DNA of 64,000 bases from an uncultured virus (IMG/VR IMGVR_UViG_3300025896_000025) (lineage: Duplodnaviria; Heunggongvirae; Uroviricota; Caudoviricetes), in the IMG/VR virus record IMGVR_UViG_3300025896_000025; one strand, given 5' to 3'. Positions within the stretch are counted from its first letter, which is position 1. Each line of letters begins with the position of its first letter. Of this stretch, positions 19,072-28,641 are shown piece by piece. The notes beneath the pieces were generated by a model. That model was not told the origin of the DNA, searched no databases, and saw only the letters and a program-made list of their open reading frames with translations. The translations under genes and the position numbers were made by a program.

Positions 19072-19422
19072 ATGGCCAGACATAAACCAGTTTCCAGCTT
19101 TGATCTAGTTGTAGCCAGTGGCGCCAGTGTTAGTAACATTGTCGATCTCCAGGGCTATCAGGCCGTTCGAATTATTACTCCTGCCGCGCTGACCGCCACC
19201 TACCTCGTCTTTCTCCAGGGAGAGGCTGACGACACGATGGTCCTCAGCTACGACAAGGCTGGTGCGTTGATCGTTCCACCTGTTGCCGCATCACGTAGTC
19301 TCGAACTTGGCATCGATAACTTCCGCTCTTGTCGTTATTTTCAGATTCGTACTTGTTCCACCAACACCGGCACCGCCGGCAATGAAGCCGCAGCCCGCAC
19401 CTTTAAACTCATTGTGGATTGA
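19072..19422 (+). CDS. Probable virion protein
   Basis: AGGAG RBS; beta-rich sequence in the head module. Confidence 0.55.
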   Translation: MARHKPVSSFDLVVASGASVSNIVDLQGYQAVRIITPAALTATYLVFLQGEADDTMVLSYDKAGALIVPPVAASRSLELGIDNFRSCRYFQIRTCSTNTGTAGNEAAARTFKLIVD

Positions 19423-19426
19423 TTGA

Positions 19427-19804
19427 ATGACGAACCTTACGGCGCTTACTGTTGAGCAGGGTGGGGGTCTATGGGATGACATCCCTGCGGATCTCGTTCT
19501 CTCGGGGGTCTCTCCTACTCGGGGCACTGGTTATTTCAGTAAGGACACCACTGCCAACGAGCTCCACAATGTGATGTTCCCGTTTTCGGGAACGTATACT
19601 TGGCTCGGCTCGGGGGCAACTGCTGCTCTGACGGTGACGGGCGTTGCTGCTACTGATATCGTTATTGCTACCATCCGCGTGAAGCCCACCCAGGCTGCGT
19701 ATCTCGTTCGTGCAGTCCCGTCTACCAACACGATCACCTTCGAGTTGTCTGCCGCCAACACGGGTAATGATGCCCAGATCTCCTATCTTGTGCTGAGGCC
19801 GTAA
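19427..19804 (+). CDS. Probable virion fibre/decoration protein
   Basis: N-terminal 35 aa homologous to that of 41119-42795. Confidence 0.6.
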   Translation: MTNLTALTVEQGGGLWDDIPADLVLSGVSPTRGTGYFSKDTTANELHNVMFPFSGTYTWLGSGATAALTVTGVAATDIVIATIRVKPTQAAYLVRAVPSTNTITFELSAANTGNDAQISYLVLRP

Positions 19805-19805
19805 C

Positions 19806-19859
19806 ATGAAGAAGCTGTTCGAGAAGATCAAGGCTTGGTTTGCCAAATTCGCCAAGTGA
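19806..19859 (+). CDS. 17-aa cationic amphipathic peptide MKKLFEKIKAWFAKFAK
   Basis: ATG 1 nt after the upstream stop, GAGG 7 nt upstream, AAG/TTC/GAG codons typical of the late genes. Confidence 0.5.
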   Translation: MKKLFEKIKAWFAKFAK

Positions 19860-19922
19860 CTGCATAATGATGCACACCTAACTCTTGCATTATTCAAGTA
19901 GGAATATTACATCCTTTACTAG

Positions 19923-21032
19923 ATGAAACAAATCACTAAGACGCCGGAAATTCTTGCCAAGCTACAGAAAGCAGTTGGACCCGACGTCTCCACTGATGAG
20001 TTGGTTGTCTACGAAGCCTCCGCATTTAATACCCTGCCTCTTCGTAAGAGGCATCCTCTGTACAACAAAGCGGTAGCTTCGGAGGATATCCTCCACTCCA
20101 TGGCCAGTCAGGTCAACGGAGAGAGTGTTCCCCTCCACGTCATGCACTCTGCTGATGGTTTGAATATTGGTCGTGTCTTCACCGGTTCAGTGGTGAATAT
20201 CAATGGAGCCCCAGAGCTCCGAGCTTTGTTCTTTCTACCGAGGTCCGCAGCCCAAGCTATCGATCTAATTGATACCGGCACAGTTGATCAAGTAAGCGTA
20301 TCGTTTGTTTCCAACAAGATTCTTTGTAGTGACTGCGGCTTTGACTTCCTAGGTACAGACGCCACCCTCGATAATATTTACGGCGGCGTTTGTGATCAAG
20401 GGCACATCCTCGGTGAGGGCAATACCCACGCTAAGTTGATCGGCTTGGACCGGTGGTTCGAACTCAGCCTAGTCAACACGGGCGGTGCGCAGAAGGCCCG
20501 GATCCAGTCCGGTAAAACCAGTGTATTCGCTCAAGATCATCGTCTCGCTGCCTCTGGTGTCGATCCTAATTTCCTACTCGCTAACCTTTCCACTTCCGAA
20601 CTGGGTAAGATTGATCCGATGGATCTTAAAGAACTCGTTGATAAGCTGACCGATACGGTCACGAAGCTGGCTCTGGCAGATGCTAAGGTCGCAGAACTTG
20701 AGGCCAAGTTGGTCACTGCCGAGGCAGACCTCGCTGAAGCCGAGAGCAAGATCGTTGAGGTCCCCGCCGATACCGTCGCGTTGCAGGCACAGCTCGATCC
20801 GGCGATGGCCCATCTGGTCGCTGAGGCCAAGATGCTCGCTCCCATGATCGGGGCAACCTTTGACGAAGCTGAGACGGACGTCACCAAGATCGTGACCTTT
20901 ATCACGGGTGGTCGGGACAAGCTCCGTGTTGCTATCCCGCTGGGGGGTATTTCCCAGAGTGCTAATGTTGAGACCGTTGTAACCAAGATGACCGGGAACG
21001 CCGGCGCTTTCAGTTCTAAAAAGGGCAAGTAA
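19923..21032 (+). CDS. Prohead protease/scaffold
   Basis: H...VSVSF...FELSLVxxG protease-like motifs plus a C-terminal coiled coil; precedes the capsid genes. Confidence 0.75.
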   Translation: MKQITKTPEILAKLQKAVGPDVSTDELVVYEASAFNTLPLRKRHPLYNKAVASEDILHSMASQVNGESVPLHVMHSADGLNIGRVFTGSVVNINGAPELRALFFLPRSAAQAIDLIDTGTVDQVSVSFVSNKILCSDCGFDFLGTDATLDNIYGGVCDQGHILGEGNTHAKLIGLDRWFELSLVNTGGAQKARIQSGKTSVFAQDHRLAASGVDPNFLLANLSTSELGKIDPMDLKELVDKLTDTVTKLALADAKVAELEAKLVTAEADLAEAESKIVEVPADTVALQAQLDPAMAHLVAEAKMLAPMIGATFDEAETDVTKIVTFITGGRDKLRVAIPLGGISQSANVETVVTKMTGNAGAFSSKKGK

Positions 21033-21036
21033 TTAA

Positions 21037-21462
21037 ATGGCTGGTATTGGCAACGCCCCCTCGATGGAGGGTTATTTTTTCGAGGACTGGCAGTTCAGTT
21101 TCACGCTGAACTCTGCGATTGTGATTGGTGATGTGGGCAAGGCTGTTGCCTTGGATACCGCAGGGAACACTCGGGTCAAGTTGGCCGGCGACGGCGACGA
21201 AATCATTGGGCGTCTTGAGGTAGTTGAAGACCGTCTCCAGGAGGGGGTCAAGATCGGCACCGTGGCATTGAAATTTGCCAACCGAGTTCCTGTTAAGTCG
21301 GGCCTGACTGGTGCCGAGGCAGTCGTTCTTGGTTCTACGGTTGTAGGCGCTGGGTCGGGTGAAGTGAAGGCCCGTGTGGTTTCGGCGGCTGCTACGCCTG
21401 CCTATTCGATGAATATTGTGACCGAGGTTGGCTCGGGTTATGCTGTTGTCGTGAAGGTTTAA
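21037..21462 (+). CDS. Head decoration/cement protein
   Basis: GKAVAL...VKLAGDGDEIIGRL; position before the MCP. Confidence 0.7.
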   Translation: MAGIGNAPSMEGYFFEDWQFSFTLNSAIVIGDVGKAVALDTAGNTRVKLAGDGDEIIGRLEVVEDRLQEGVKIGTVALKFANRVPVKSGLTGAEAVVLGSTVVGAGSGEVKARVVSAAATPAYSMNIVTEVGSGYAVVVKV

Positions 21463-21469
21463 TAATACA

Positions 21470-22663
21470 ATGACTCGCTCTCTCCTCGAACTCGCCCGTA
21501 ATCGCAAGTCGCCTGAGGCCCTCCTCAGCGGAATTCTCAATGCCAGCCCTGGGACTTCCCGAGAAGCTGGTGAGAACCTTCTTGCTCAGGCCGCAGAATA
21601 TGGTCTGGGTCTCCGTGATTTTCTTACCCTAGCTATTGAGCCGCAGGCTTCCGATGAGAAGCTTAAGTATGTTGACGATGCCGGTAAGTTTGTCAACGGT
21701 TATGAGGCTTCGCTTGCCTACCTGAATCTACCTTTTCGTAATGACTTCGAGCGTGGCATTGTCATGGAGGCTGCGTCTGAGACGTTTCAGACCTTCCCTG
21801 GCTCGCGGGCTCTCTTTCCTGACGTCATCGATGATCTGATCAAGTGGAATTATAAGCAGGATCAGTTGGAGCGCGTTGAGCCCCTGATTGGTTCTAGCCG
21901 CGTCATTTCGGGTGTGCAGATGATCAGCACCGTCGTTGATGATGCTCAGACTGATTACACTCATGCACAGAAGGTCGCTGAGGGTTCTCGTGTTCCTGTG
22001 CGCTCGATCCGCATGAGCGAGCAGTCGGTCAAGATCTGGAAGCACGGTTCGGGCATTCGTACCACATATGAATTCGCCCGGCGTACTGGCCTTGATCTCC
22101 TCACTCCGTATGCTAAGCGTGTTGCTCGTGAGATCGAGATGAGCAAGGTTGGTGTCGCTACGGATCTATTGATTAATGGAGATGGCGTCAACAGCGCGGC
22201 TACCGAGGTTGAGCAGACCTCTTTTGTCACGGGCGCTACGGCAGGTACGCTAAATCGTACAGCGCTGTTAATGTGGTTCGTTAGTCGTGCCAAGGCTGGC
22301 TACCCAATCGACGTGGTTGTGGGTGACTGGGACGCATATCTCCAGTGGCTTCTCCTCTTTACCCCTTCGACGACTGCCAACCGCAGCGAGGCCGACAATC
22401 TGGCTGGCTCTGGCTTTTCAATTGGTCAGCCGACCCTTCTCTCGGGCTCGATAAACTTCGCTCTTTCGTCGAGCATGACCGCCGGTAAGATCTTGGGAAT
22501 GACCAAGGGCGAGACGCTGGAGGAGTTGATTGAGGCAAATTCGAGCATCAGCGAGAATGAGCGTTCGATTCAGAATCAGACGATTACCTACGTGAACACC
22601 GTCAACTCTGGCTTCCGCATCGTGTGGCCGAATACGCGCCAAGTGTTCGACTACAATCACTGA
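21470..22663 (+). CDS. Major capsid protein
   Basis: 397 aa; VAEGSRVP...K.G...TYE...LLINGD pattern typical of HK97-fold capsids; followed by a terminator. Confidence 0.85.
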   Translation: MTRSLLELARNRKSPEALLSGILNASPGTSREAGENLLAQAAEYGLGLRDFLTLAIEPQASDEKLKYVDDAGKFVNGYEASLAYLNLPFRNDFERGIVMEAASETFQTFPGSRALFPDVIDDLIKWNYKQDQLERVEPLIGSSRVISGVQMISTVVDDAQTDYTHAQKVAEGSRVPVRSIRMSEQSVKIWKHGSGIRTTYEFARRTGLDLLTPYAKRVAREIEMSKVGVATDLLINGDGVNSAATEVEQTSFVTGATAGTLNRTALLMWFVSRAKAGYPIDVVVGDWDAYLQWLLLFTPSTTANRSEADNLAGSGFSIGQPTLLSGSINFALSSSMTAGKILGMTKGETLEELIEANSSISENERSIQNQTITYVNTVNSGFRIVWPNTRQVFDYNH

Positions 22664-22694
22664 GATAACCAATAAGAAAAATGCGATCTAACTT

Positions 22695-22731
22695 GACCCC
22701 CGAGACTGCGCGCTCGGGGGTCTTTTTATTT
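22695..22731 (+). terminator. Rho-independent terminator after the MCP
   Basis: GACCCCCGAG-loop-CTCGGGGGTC then TTTTTATTT. Confidence 0.85.
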
Positions 22732-22776
22732 CTGGCGTAATAACCATATACTGACTGTAATTCCTCTGGAGTCGAA

Positions 22777-22962
22777 ATGATTGACAACGTGATTAAGGGT
22801 CTGCAGATCCTGCAAAGTTATGGTGCTGACTGTGTCTGTGCTGAGCATGACGAGATTTGGTCTGGCCACAACACCCAAGTGTCTAATGAAGATAAGTTGC
22901 GTTTAGACGAACTTGGTTGGTTCTATGACGAAGACATTGATGGTTGGGTGAGATACGTCTAA
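22777..22962 (+). CDS. Small hypothetical protein
   Basis: GGAG RBS; AEHDEIW...LGW motif. Confidence 0.65.
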   Translation: MIDNVIKGLQILQSYGADCVCAEHDEIWSGHNTQVSNEDKLRLDELGWFYDEDIDGWVRYV

Positions 22963-23243
22963 TGATGATCGTCGAAACAACCGGCCCATGGTCACTCCTT
23001 CAACCTAACCATGCCGGTCCTATTCATCGTTTGCGTCCAACGGTCGTAGACAATACTCAGTTTGTCCAGCATCAGACTGCTATCGGACAAATCAGGATCC
23101 TAGCCACTGATCTGCCAGATGAAGCTACCGACAAGGAATTCGTCGCTTTCTGGATCGAGAGTGGCAAGGATAAAGAGTTGGCCATCGAGTCCTTCAAAGC
23201 CAGCTTCCTAGTCCCTACGCCCCGTAGGAAGTCCGCTAAGTGA
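22962..23243 (+). CDS. Hypothetical head-module protein
   Basis: TAATG coupling. Confidence 0.6.
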   Translation: MMIVETTGPWSLLQPNHAGPIHRLRPTVVDNTQFVQHQTAIGQIRILATDLPDEATDKEFVAFWIESGKDKELAIESFKASFLVPTPRRKSAK

Positions 23244-23956
23244 TCTACGGGATCCAGGGCACCAGCGTCACCGTCAACTTCGTCTTCCCGGATTCCAGTG
23301 GCAATCCCACCATCCCGGATGCCAACACTGCGACTTACTCGATCCGTCTAAACGATGGTACCCTGGACCCTGACTATACTGACGTTGCGATTGATCTGGG
23401 TGTTACGGATACCTACACCAACATCGTCCTAGCCGACACTGCAATCGACGGTCAGGTCGAGACACGTACCATCGTAGTCAGTTATCAGAAGGCGGCAATC
23501 ACCAGGACGCTCACTCAGATCGTGCGACTGGTGCAGTTCCCCCGACACTGGCTCACTCCTGATGACGTTCGAGCCTTCCTTGGGGTCAACGCCAGCGAGC
23601 TCCCTGACTCCGACATCGATCTCCATCGGGCCTACATGGAAGCCCAGGACGCTGTGGGAGCGGAAGCCCTTGCGACCGCATTCAGTTCCACTACCACGGA
23701 TGCGATCAAGGCCAACGATCTCGTGATGTGTCGGGCCGCATTGAATGTCTTCCCGTCTCTGGAGCTCCGCATCGCCCAGTCAGAGAGCAACGGCACGAAG
23801 ACCTACGCCCGTCTAACCAAACTCAACCTTGATCGGCTCTATACCTACATTAGCGGAATGTATAGTGATCTGTTGGGTGTTATCGGTAGCGTAGAGACTG
23901 TGGCACCGGTACTCCTTGTACTCAGCACTCAGGCCGATCCGATTACGGGGGTCTGA
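23240..23956 (+). CDS. Head-tail adaptor-like protein
   Basis: TPDDVRAFLGV...ELPD motif; position. Confidence 0.6.
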   Translation: MIYGIQGTSVTVNFVFPDSSGNPTIPDANTATYSIRLNDGTLDPDYTDVAIDLGVTDTYTNIVLADTAIDGQVETRTIVVSYQKAAITRTLTQIVRLVQFPRHWLTPDDVRAFLGVNASELPDSDIDLHRAYMEAQDAVGAEALATAFSSTTTDAIKANDLVMCRAALNVFPSLELRIAQSESNGTKTYARLTKLNLDRLYTYISGMYSDLLGVIGSVETVAPVLLVLSTQADPITGV

Positions 23957-24504
23957 TGCCCAGCCTAGAATCGTGTGGTGCCCGCTTCGACTCTGTCTTC
24001 ACCATCCTCTCGAACGATCGAACGTTCAAGGGGGTGCTGGAAACTCCACTCGATCGCGAGCCACCTGCGTTCCTGTGGGTAGAGAACCGCCGGCTCCTTA
24101 CGGTCAAGCGTGACTGCATCGTCCAGCTCCGCGATGTGATCACTTCCAGGGCAGGGGAGATCTACGCGGTAGGGGCCTCCACCTACGCAGAGTATGGGGC
24201 CAGTATTTTGTATCGGACCCACCGCCTGTTCGAGATGAACACCCAGGTTGCCTGGAGCCGCCAGTACAAAACGACGGACACTCTGACGGGCCTGGAGAAG
24301 GAGTCCTCGACCAACGATCTTGGGACGGTCTGGGTGGCTATGGAGTACACCAACAGGGAAGACGTTGGACGTGCGTCCCACGTGTGGCAAGAGCGCGTTG
24401 TCTGCATCTCTGCCTCTGAGCTCCAGGAGGGTGATCGCATTGACAATCGCGAGGTCATCCGCAGCAATGTCCAGCTTGGGTTGACCGTAGCTGAGTTGAG
24501 GTGA
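23956..24504 (+). CDS. Head-closure-like protein
   Basis: Position and size. Confidence 0.5.
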   Translation: MPSLESCGARFDSVFTILSNDRTFKGVLETPLDREPPAFLWVENRRLLTVKRDCIVQLRDVITSRAGEIYAVGASTYAEYGASILYRTHRLFEMNTQVAWSRQYKTTDTLTGLEKESSTNDLGTVWVAMEYTNREDVGRASHVWQERVVCISASELQEGDRIDNREVIRSNVQLGLTVAELR

Positions 24505-24734
24505 TGGAAGAATCCGTTCTTAATCCGGAGTGCTATGATTGCGAAGAACCCTACGGTTCACCTAGGTTCCCTGACTTGCTTATAGAGTGGGATGCTTGGA
24601 AGACGATCTCTCCTGACGGTGAAGGTAATGGACTACTCTGCCCGAACTGTATAAATGCAAGGCTTGAAGAGCATGGTTTCTCGGGTGTGAAAGCTGCGTT
24701 CCGAAGTGGACCAATGGTTATCTATGGCCCGTAA
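24504..24734 (+). CDS. Small CxxC...CxxC protein
   Basis: CYDC...LLCPNC. Confidence 0.55.
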   Translation: MEESVLNPECYDCEEPYGSPRFPDLLIEWDAWKTISPDGEGNGLLCPNCINARLEEHGFSGVKAAFRSGPMVIYGP

Positions 24735-25509
24735 ATCTACATTCAGCGCCAATAAGTTCATCCAGCAGGTTCTCGATCAGGTCGTCAAGAAGGGGGCTGT
24801 TCAGGTCCGAGCTGGCTACCTGAAGAAGTTTGCTACCGATATGGACATAATTATCGGTAAGCAGGCAGCTCGGTTGTTCCCATTGATCGTATCTCTCATG
24901 GGCGGCAAATCGACTGGCAACCCCTATGTGCTCAACATCAAGAACCTAAGTTCTGGTCAGGCCCTGGTTGCTCAACAACTGCGGCCTGGGAACGCGAAGA
25001 CGAAGTTCCATGGTGTTACGTGGCTCCCTCTGAGCAAGGAGACGATTGCCAGGAAAGCCGAGCTCGCCAAGAAGGGTAAGATTGACATCGATAACATCAG
25101 TCGGTTCTTTGTCCAGACTGGTGAGCTTCGTGACTTCTTCAAGACGGCTGATTATAGAAGCACCCTCGGCAATACCCAGGTCAACTACTTTGAGAAGGTA
25201 GCGCCGAACGCTGCCAGCAGCAAGACTGATTTCAGGAAGCTGTTGGGAGTGCTCAGGTTCTCGATCTTCAAGCGGATCGCACCGTATCTCCAAGCGGCGT
25301 TGGAGGGGAAATTCGACCCTGATGCCAAGCTTGAGAAGGTTGCGTTTGGATCCGAGGTAGGCAAGAAGCTCGCTGGATTCCAGTATAATAAGAGCCATCA
25401 TCGCCCGTTGGTGCAGCCCGCCATCGCCTACATGGTTGGGCAGGTAATCCCGAACGCTATTGGTAGAGAAATAGAACGCCGGACGAAGATCTCGGCGCGG
25501 AGAAGTTAG
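24724..25509 (+). CDS. Basic neck/tail-completion protein
   Basis: WLPLSKETIARK motif seen in virion morphogenesis proteins; position. Confidence 0.55.
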   Translation: MARKSTFSANKFIQQVLDQVVKKGAVQVRAGYLKKFATDMDIIIGKQAARLFPLIVSLMGGKSTGNPYVLNIKNLSSGQALVAQQLRPGNAKTKFHGVTWLPLSKETIARKAELAKKGKIDIDNISRFFVQTGELRDFFKTADYRSTLGNTQVNYFEKVAPNAASSKTDFRKLLGVLRFSIFKRIAPYLQAALEGKFDPDAKLEKVAFGSEVGKKLAGFQYNKSHHRPLVQPAIAYMVGQVIPNAIGREIERRTKISARRS

Positions 25510-25955
25510 TGATCATTAAGAACATATTCGGTAGTGTGGTTAAGTTTGCTCAGCAGAGGATCACGGAATATCGTGGACTGGGATTGAGCTCGAACATGAC
25601 CTTCCTGAATTTGGATGCACATTCCAATATCCACGAACTGCAGTTGGTTGACTACCTCGGGATCAATGGTCTCTCTGTCACCGTCGAGGACAAGATCCAT
25701 ACCATCAACCTAGGCTTCACAGTGACTTTGGCAGAGGATGCCAACCTGCTGCGGCACATGGAGGTGATGGCTCGGATGTACGAGGAACTGCAGCCTGAAA
25801 AGAAGCTCGTATACTACGATGCCGAGACTGCTGAGGCGCTATCCTGGATGGGGATCACAGATGGGACATACCTCACCCCGATGTCGCGCGACGAACTCAG
25901 AGCCTTCCAGATGATTAGCGTTACGATGCTTTTGAACCCGAATTCTGGTTCGTGA
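25509..25955 (+). CDS. Tail terminator-like protein
   Basis: Position before the major tail gene. Confidence 0.5.
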   Translation: MIIKNIFGSVVKFAQQRITEYRGLGLSSNMTFLNLDAHSNIHELQLVDYLGINGLSVTVEDKIHTINLGFTVTLAEDANLLRHMEVMARMYEELQPEKKLVYYDAETAEALSWMGITDGTYLTPMSRDELRAFQMISVTMLLNPNSGS

Positions 25956-25964
25956 TGGTATAAT
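25956..25964 (+). promoter_or_regulatory. Extended -10 promoter for the HNH gene
   Basis: TGGTATAAT about 65 nt upstream of the HNH start. Confidence 0.45.
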
Positions 25965-26029
25965 GAATAGTTGTTTGATTGAGATTAGGAACTAACTGAA
26001 GAGTTGGATTTGAACCAACCGTTGGATTG

Positions 26030-26767
26030 ATGATGGATCTGATTAGTAGGGAAGAGGCTCGGGAGAAAGGACTGAAGAAGTTCTATACAGGCGTGCCTTG
26101 TAAGAATGGACATGACTGTGAAAGATATGTTGGTCGTAGTACGTGTGTTCAATGCGCTTCTGGCCGTACGCACAAGTATTATCAGGAGAACAAGGAGGTT
26201 ATCAACGATAGATCTAAAGAATGGTCTCGTAACAATCTAGATAAAAAGAGAGTATACGGCAAAAGAAGTAGAGATAAAGACCCAGAAGCTTATGCTGCAC
26301 GTCGTAAGGCTTGGAGACTGGCTAATCCAGAAAAACTAGCACAGCGGGCGGCCAACAAATCACTAGAGTATAGAGAGAAGCATAAGGCCGACTGTAAGCG
26401 TCGATATCGAGAAAACGAGGCCCGCTACAAAGAACAGTCGAAGATTTGGTACGAGAATAACAAGGAACAAAGCTTACAGAAGCAGAAAGAGTGGGTAGAT
26501 AACAATCGTGGGAAGATTCGTGAGTATTCGGCTGCACACAGAGCCGCTAAGCTAAACCAATGTCCAACTTGGGCAGATCGTGCCCCTATACTAGAATTCT
26601 ATCGAAATTGCCCGGTTGGTTATCACGTTGACCACATTATTCCGTTACGCGGAAAGATTGTCAGTGGGCTCCACGTTATATGGAACCTTCAATATCTTCC
26701 AGCGATCGAGAATCTTAGGAAGAAGAATAAGTTCGATCCCGATGTCTACGCTCATGTATACCCCTAA
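26030..26767 (+). CDS. HNH homing endonuclease, related to 4113-4781
   Basis: FYTGVPCKNGH...CVQC; HVDHIIPL...GLHVIWNLQYL...N. Confidence 0.9.
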   Translation: MMDLISREEAREKGLKKFYTGVPCKNGHDCERYVGRSTCVQCASGRTHKYYQENKEVINDRSKEWSRNNLDKKRVYGKRSRDKDPEAYAARRKAWRLANPEKLAQRAANKSLEYREKHKADCKRRYRENEARYKEQSKIWYENNKEQSLQKQKEWVDNNRGKIREYSAAHRAAKLNQCPTWADRAPILEFYRNCPVGYHVDHIIPLRGKIVSGLHVIWNLQYLPAIENLRKKNKFDPDVYAHVYP

Positions 26768-26964
26768 ATTTTAATAGTTCCTAATCGCATGGCTTCAATG
26801 ACAGCTAGGTCCATTCTGGTCGAGCTGTCTATCCCTTCCTCAATAAGTGCTACTGCCTCGCTTGAGAATGATCTACGATTCACACGAGCCCGCTGAGCTA
26901 CCATCTGTTTGAGCTCAGGACTCAGGTAAATAGTCTGGCGAAATTTATCGTCTCTTTTCTTCAT
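26764..26964 (-). CDS. Arc-like ribbon-helix-helix DNA-binding protein
   Basis: TIYLSPELKQMVAQRARVNRRSFSSEAVALIEEG matches the Arc/Mnt pattern. Confidence 0.75.
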   Translation of the reverse strand: MKKRDDKFRQTIYLSPELKQMVAQRARVNRRSFSSEAVALIEEGIDSSTRMDLAVIEAMRLGTIKI

Positions 26965-27063
26965 TTTCGCTTCACAATACGGTATTATGCACCTCTTTAA
27001 TATAGTGCATTATTGGCCACATATCAACTACCATTACGCCAATATTTAAGGAAGAATAATAAG

Positions 27064-27867
27064 ATGGCCGGTGAAGCCAAGACGTCTGCCTTTATGCTAG
27101 CATCTGCTACTGTGATGATTGGTCCGGTTGCGGATCTGTTCAATCTAAATCCAACTGATCATTCGATTGGTCTGGTGAAGAATTTTCAGATTACGGCTGA
27201 GCCTACCTACACTGAGCTTACACAGGGTGTGCAGAATACCATTGTTTATTCAACTCTTACCGGCAACCCCATCCGTGCAAGTTGCGAAGTGTATGAATAT
27301 AATTCTAAGACCTTGTCTTATGCATTGGGTCTTGAGGCTCCGACTACCAACGACTACACAGCGCTGACGCTTAAGACAGCACTTACGTCTGGTGGAACGA
27401 CTGTTGTAGCCGACGCTGCTGTTGATCCTGACTGGAACACAGGTGACTGGATTATAGTTCAGCGGGGCAACGCTGGTGATCTCGTGCACGTTGGGCAGCT
27501 CGCTTCAGATGGTGTATTTGCAACGAACCAGGTGACCGGTACTTTTACGGCTGCTACTGCCGTTGATACGGATAATGATTTCTCGGTCGGTGACCGTGTG
27601 ACTAAGGTTAATCGTATCGACGTCGGGGCCAAGCAAGCTCAGCCGTATTTTGCGGCGAAGATTGTGTGTCCTCTTCCTGAAGGTGGTCAGCCGATCATTC
27701 TGCTCCTTCCCAAGGTAAGAATCACGAAGGGCTTCACTGTGGGTTCGACTACTGACCAGTATGGAAACATGCCATATGAGATGGTCCCATACGATCTCGT
27801 GTCTACTGACACCTTCTACTCCCTGTTCCAGGGTAAGGGCTCCGTCGCGCTCTTTAGTGACTTCTAA
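27064..27867 (+). CDS. Major tail tube protein
   Basis: AAGGAAG upstream; precedes a terminator and the chaperone/TMP genes. Confidence 0.75.
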   Translation: MAGEAKTSAFMLASATVMIGPVADLFNLNPTDHSIGLVKNFQITAEPTYTELTQGVQNTIVYSTLTGNPIRASCEVYEYNSKTLSYALGLEAPTTNDYTALTLKTALTSGGTTVVADAAVDPDWNTGDWIIVQRGNAGDLVHVGQLASDGVFATNQVTGTFTAATAVDTDNDFSVGDRVTKVNRIDVGAKQAQPYFAAKIVCPLPEGGQPIILLLPKVRITKGFTVGSTTDQYGNMPYEMVPYDLVSTDTFYSLFQGKGSVALFSDF

Positions 27868-27894
27868 AATCTAAACTACAATCTCTACTTGCAC

Positions 27895-27931
27895 AAAGGC
27901 ATCCTCGTGATCATATTACGAGGATGCCTTT
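27895..27931 (+). terminator. Terminator hairpin
   Basis: AAAGGCATCCTCGT...ACGAGGATGCCTTT. Confidence 0.75.
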
Positions 27932-27952
27932 CCACGTCTATTGGACTATTTC

Positions 27953-28330
27953 ATGGCCGACGCCAACTATACTCTGAAGACTCTTGACGGATCCACGATC
28001 GAGGTCTTCATGTCCTTCGGTTTGCTCAACACCCTGGTCAGGATCGTCAAGGACCCTGACGTCATTGTGCAACTTCCTTTCCTCCACGATATCCGCGACG
28101 AGTTTCTGGACGCCTTGGTGCAGGTCCGCAGCAAGACCGGCATGCTCCTGAGCGACGAGCGGAACAAGCTGGAGAACATGCAGGTTGCACCTGCGGTAAT
28201 CGTGGACCTTCTCGCTTGGGCGGAAGAGCACGTACTTGAATTTTTTTTATCTCAGGCGACCAGACTGCACAAGATCAATCAGAAGAACGAAAAAGTTCTC
28301 AAGGCCCTGACACCCTCAACTCCTGGCTAA
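27953..28330 (+). CDS. Tail assembly chaperone (gpG-like)
   Basis: Position; contains the T8 slippery run at 28241-28248. Confidence 0.75.
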   Translation: MADANYTLKTLDGSTIEVFMSFGLLNTLVRIVKDPDVIVQLPFLHDIRDEFLDALVQVRSKTGMLLSDERNKLENMQVAPAVIVDLLAWAEEHVLEFFLSQATRLHKINQKNEKVLKALTPSTPG

Positions 28331-28641
28331 GAAGCCTCTCCCAGCCTGACGCATGGTGTTGGGCATTTGACACCGTACCCTCCAGACTCAACGAGCTCAA
28401 ATGGTCCTATAGTCTGGAGGACCTACGGTTCAAAACCAAGATGAGGTTTCAGGAAGAACAAGTCAGAGCGGTACAGGATTACGAGAACCTGATCCTCGTC
28501 GTCAGTCAGGCACTAGGAGGGAAGCCCAAGAATAACTCTCCTGATCCATCAACGGTGTTACAGCCCAAGAATGCAAAAGAAGCAAAATCAATGCTGCAGT
28601 CCGTCATGTTTCCGGCACAGACTAAGATCATAAATGGCTAA
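27953..28641 (+). CDS. Tail chaperone G-T fusion via programmed -1 frameshift
   Basis: T TTT TTA heptamer at 28243-28249; the -1 frame is open from 28240 through the 28441-28641 ORF. Confidence 0.8.
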
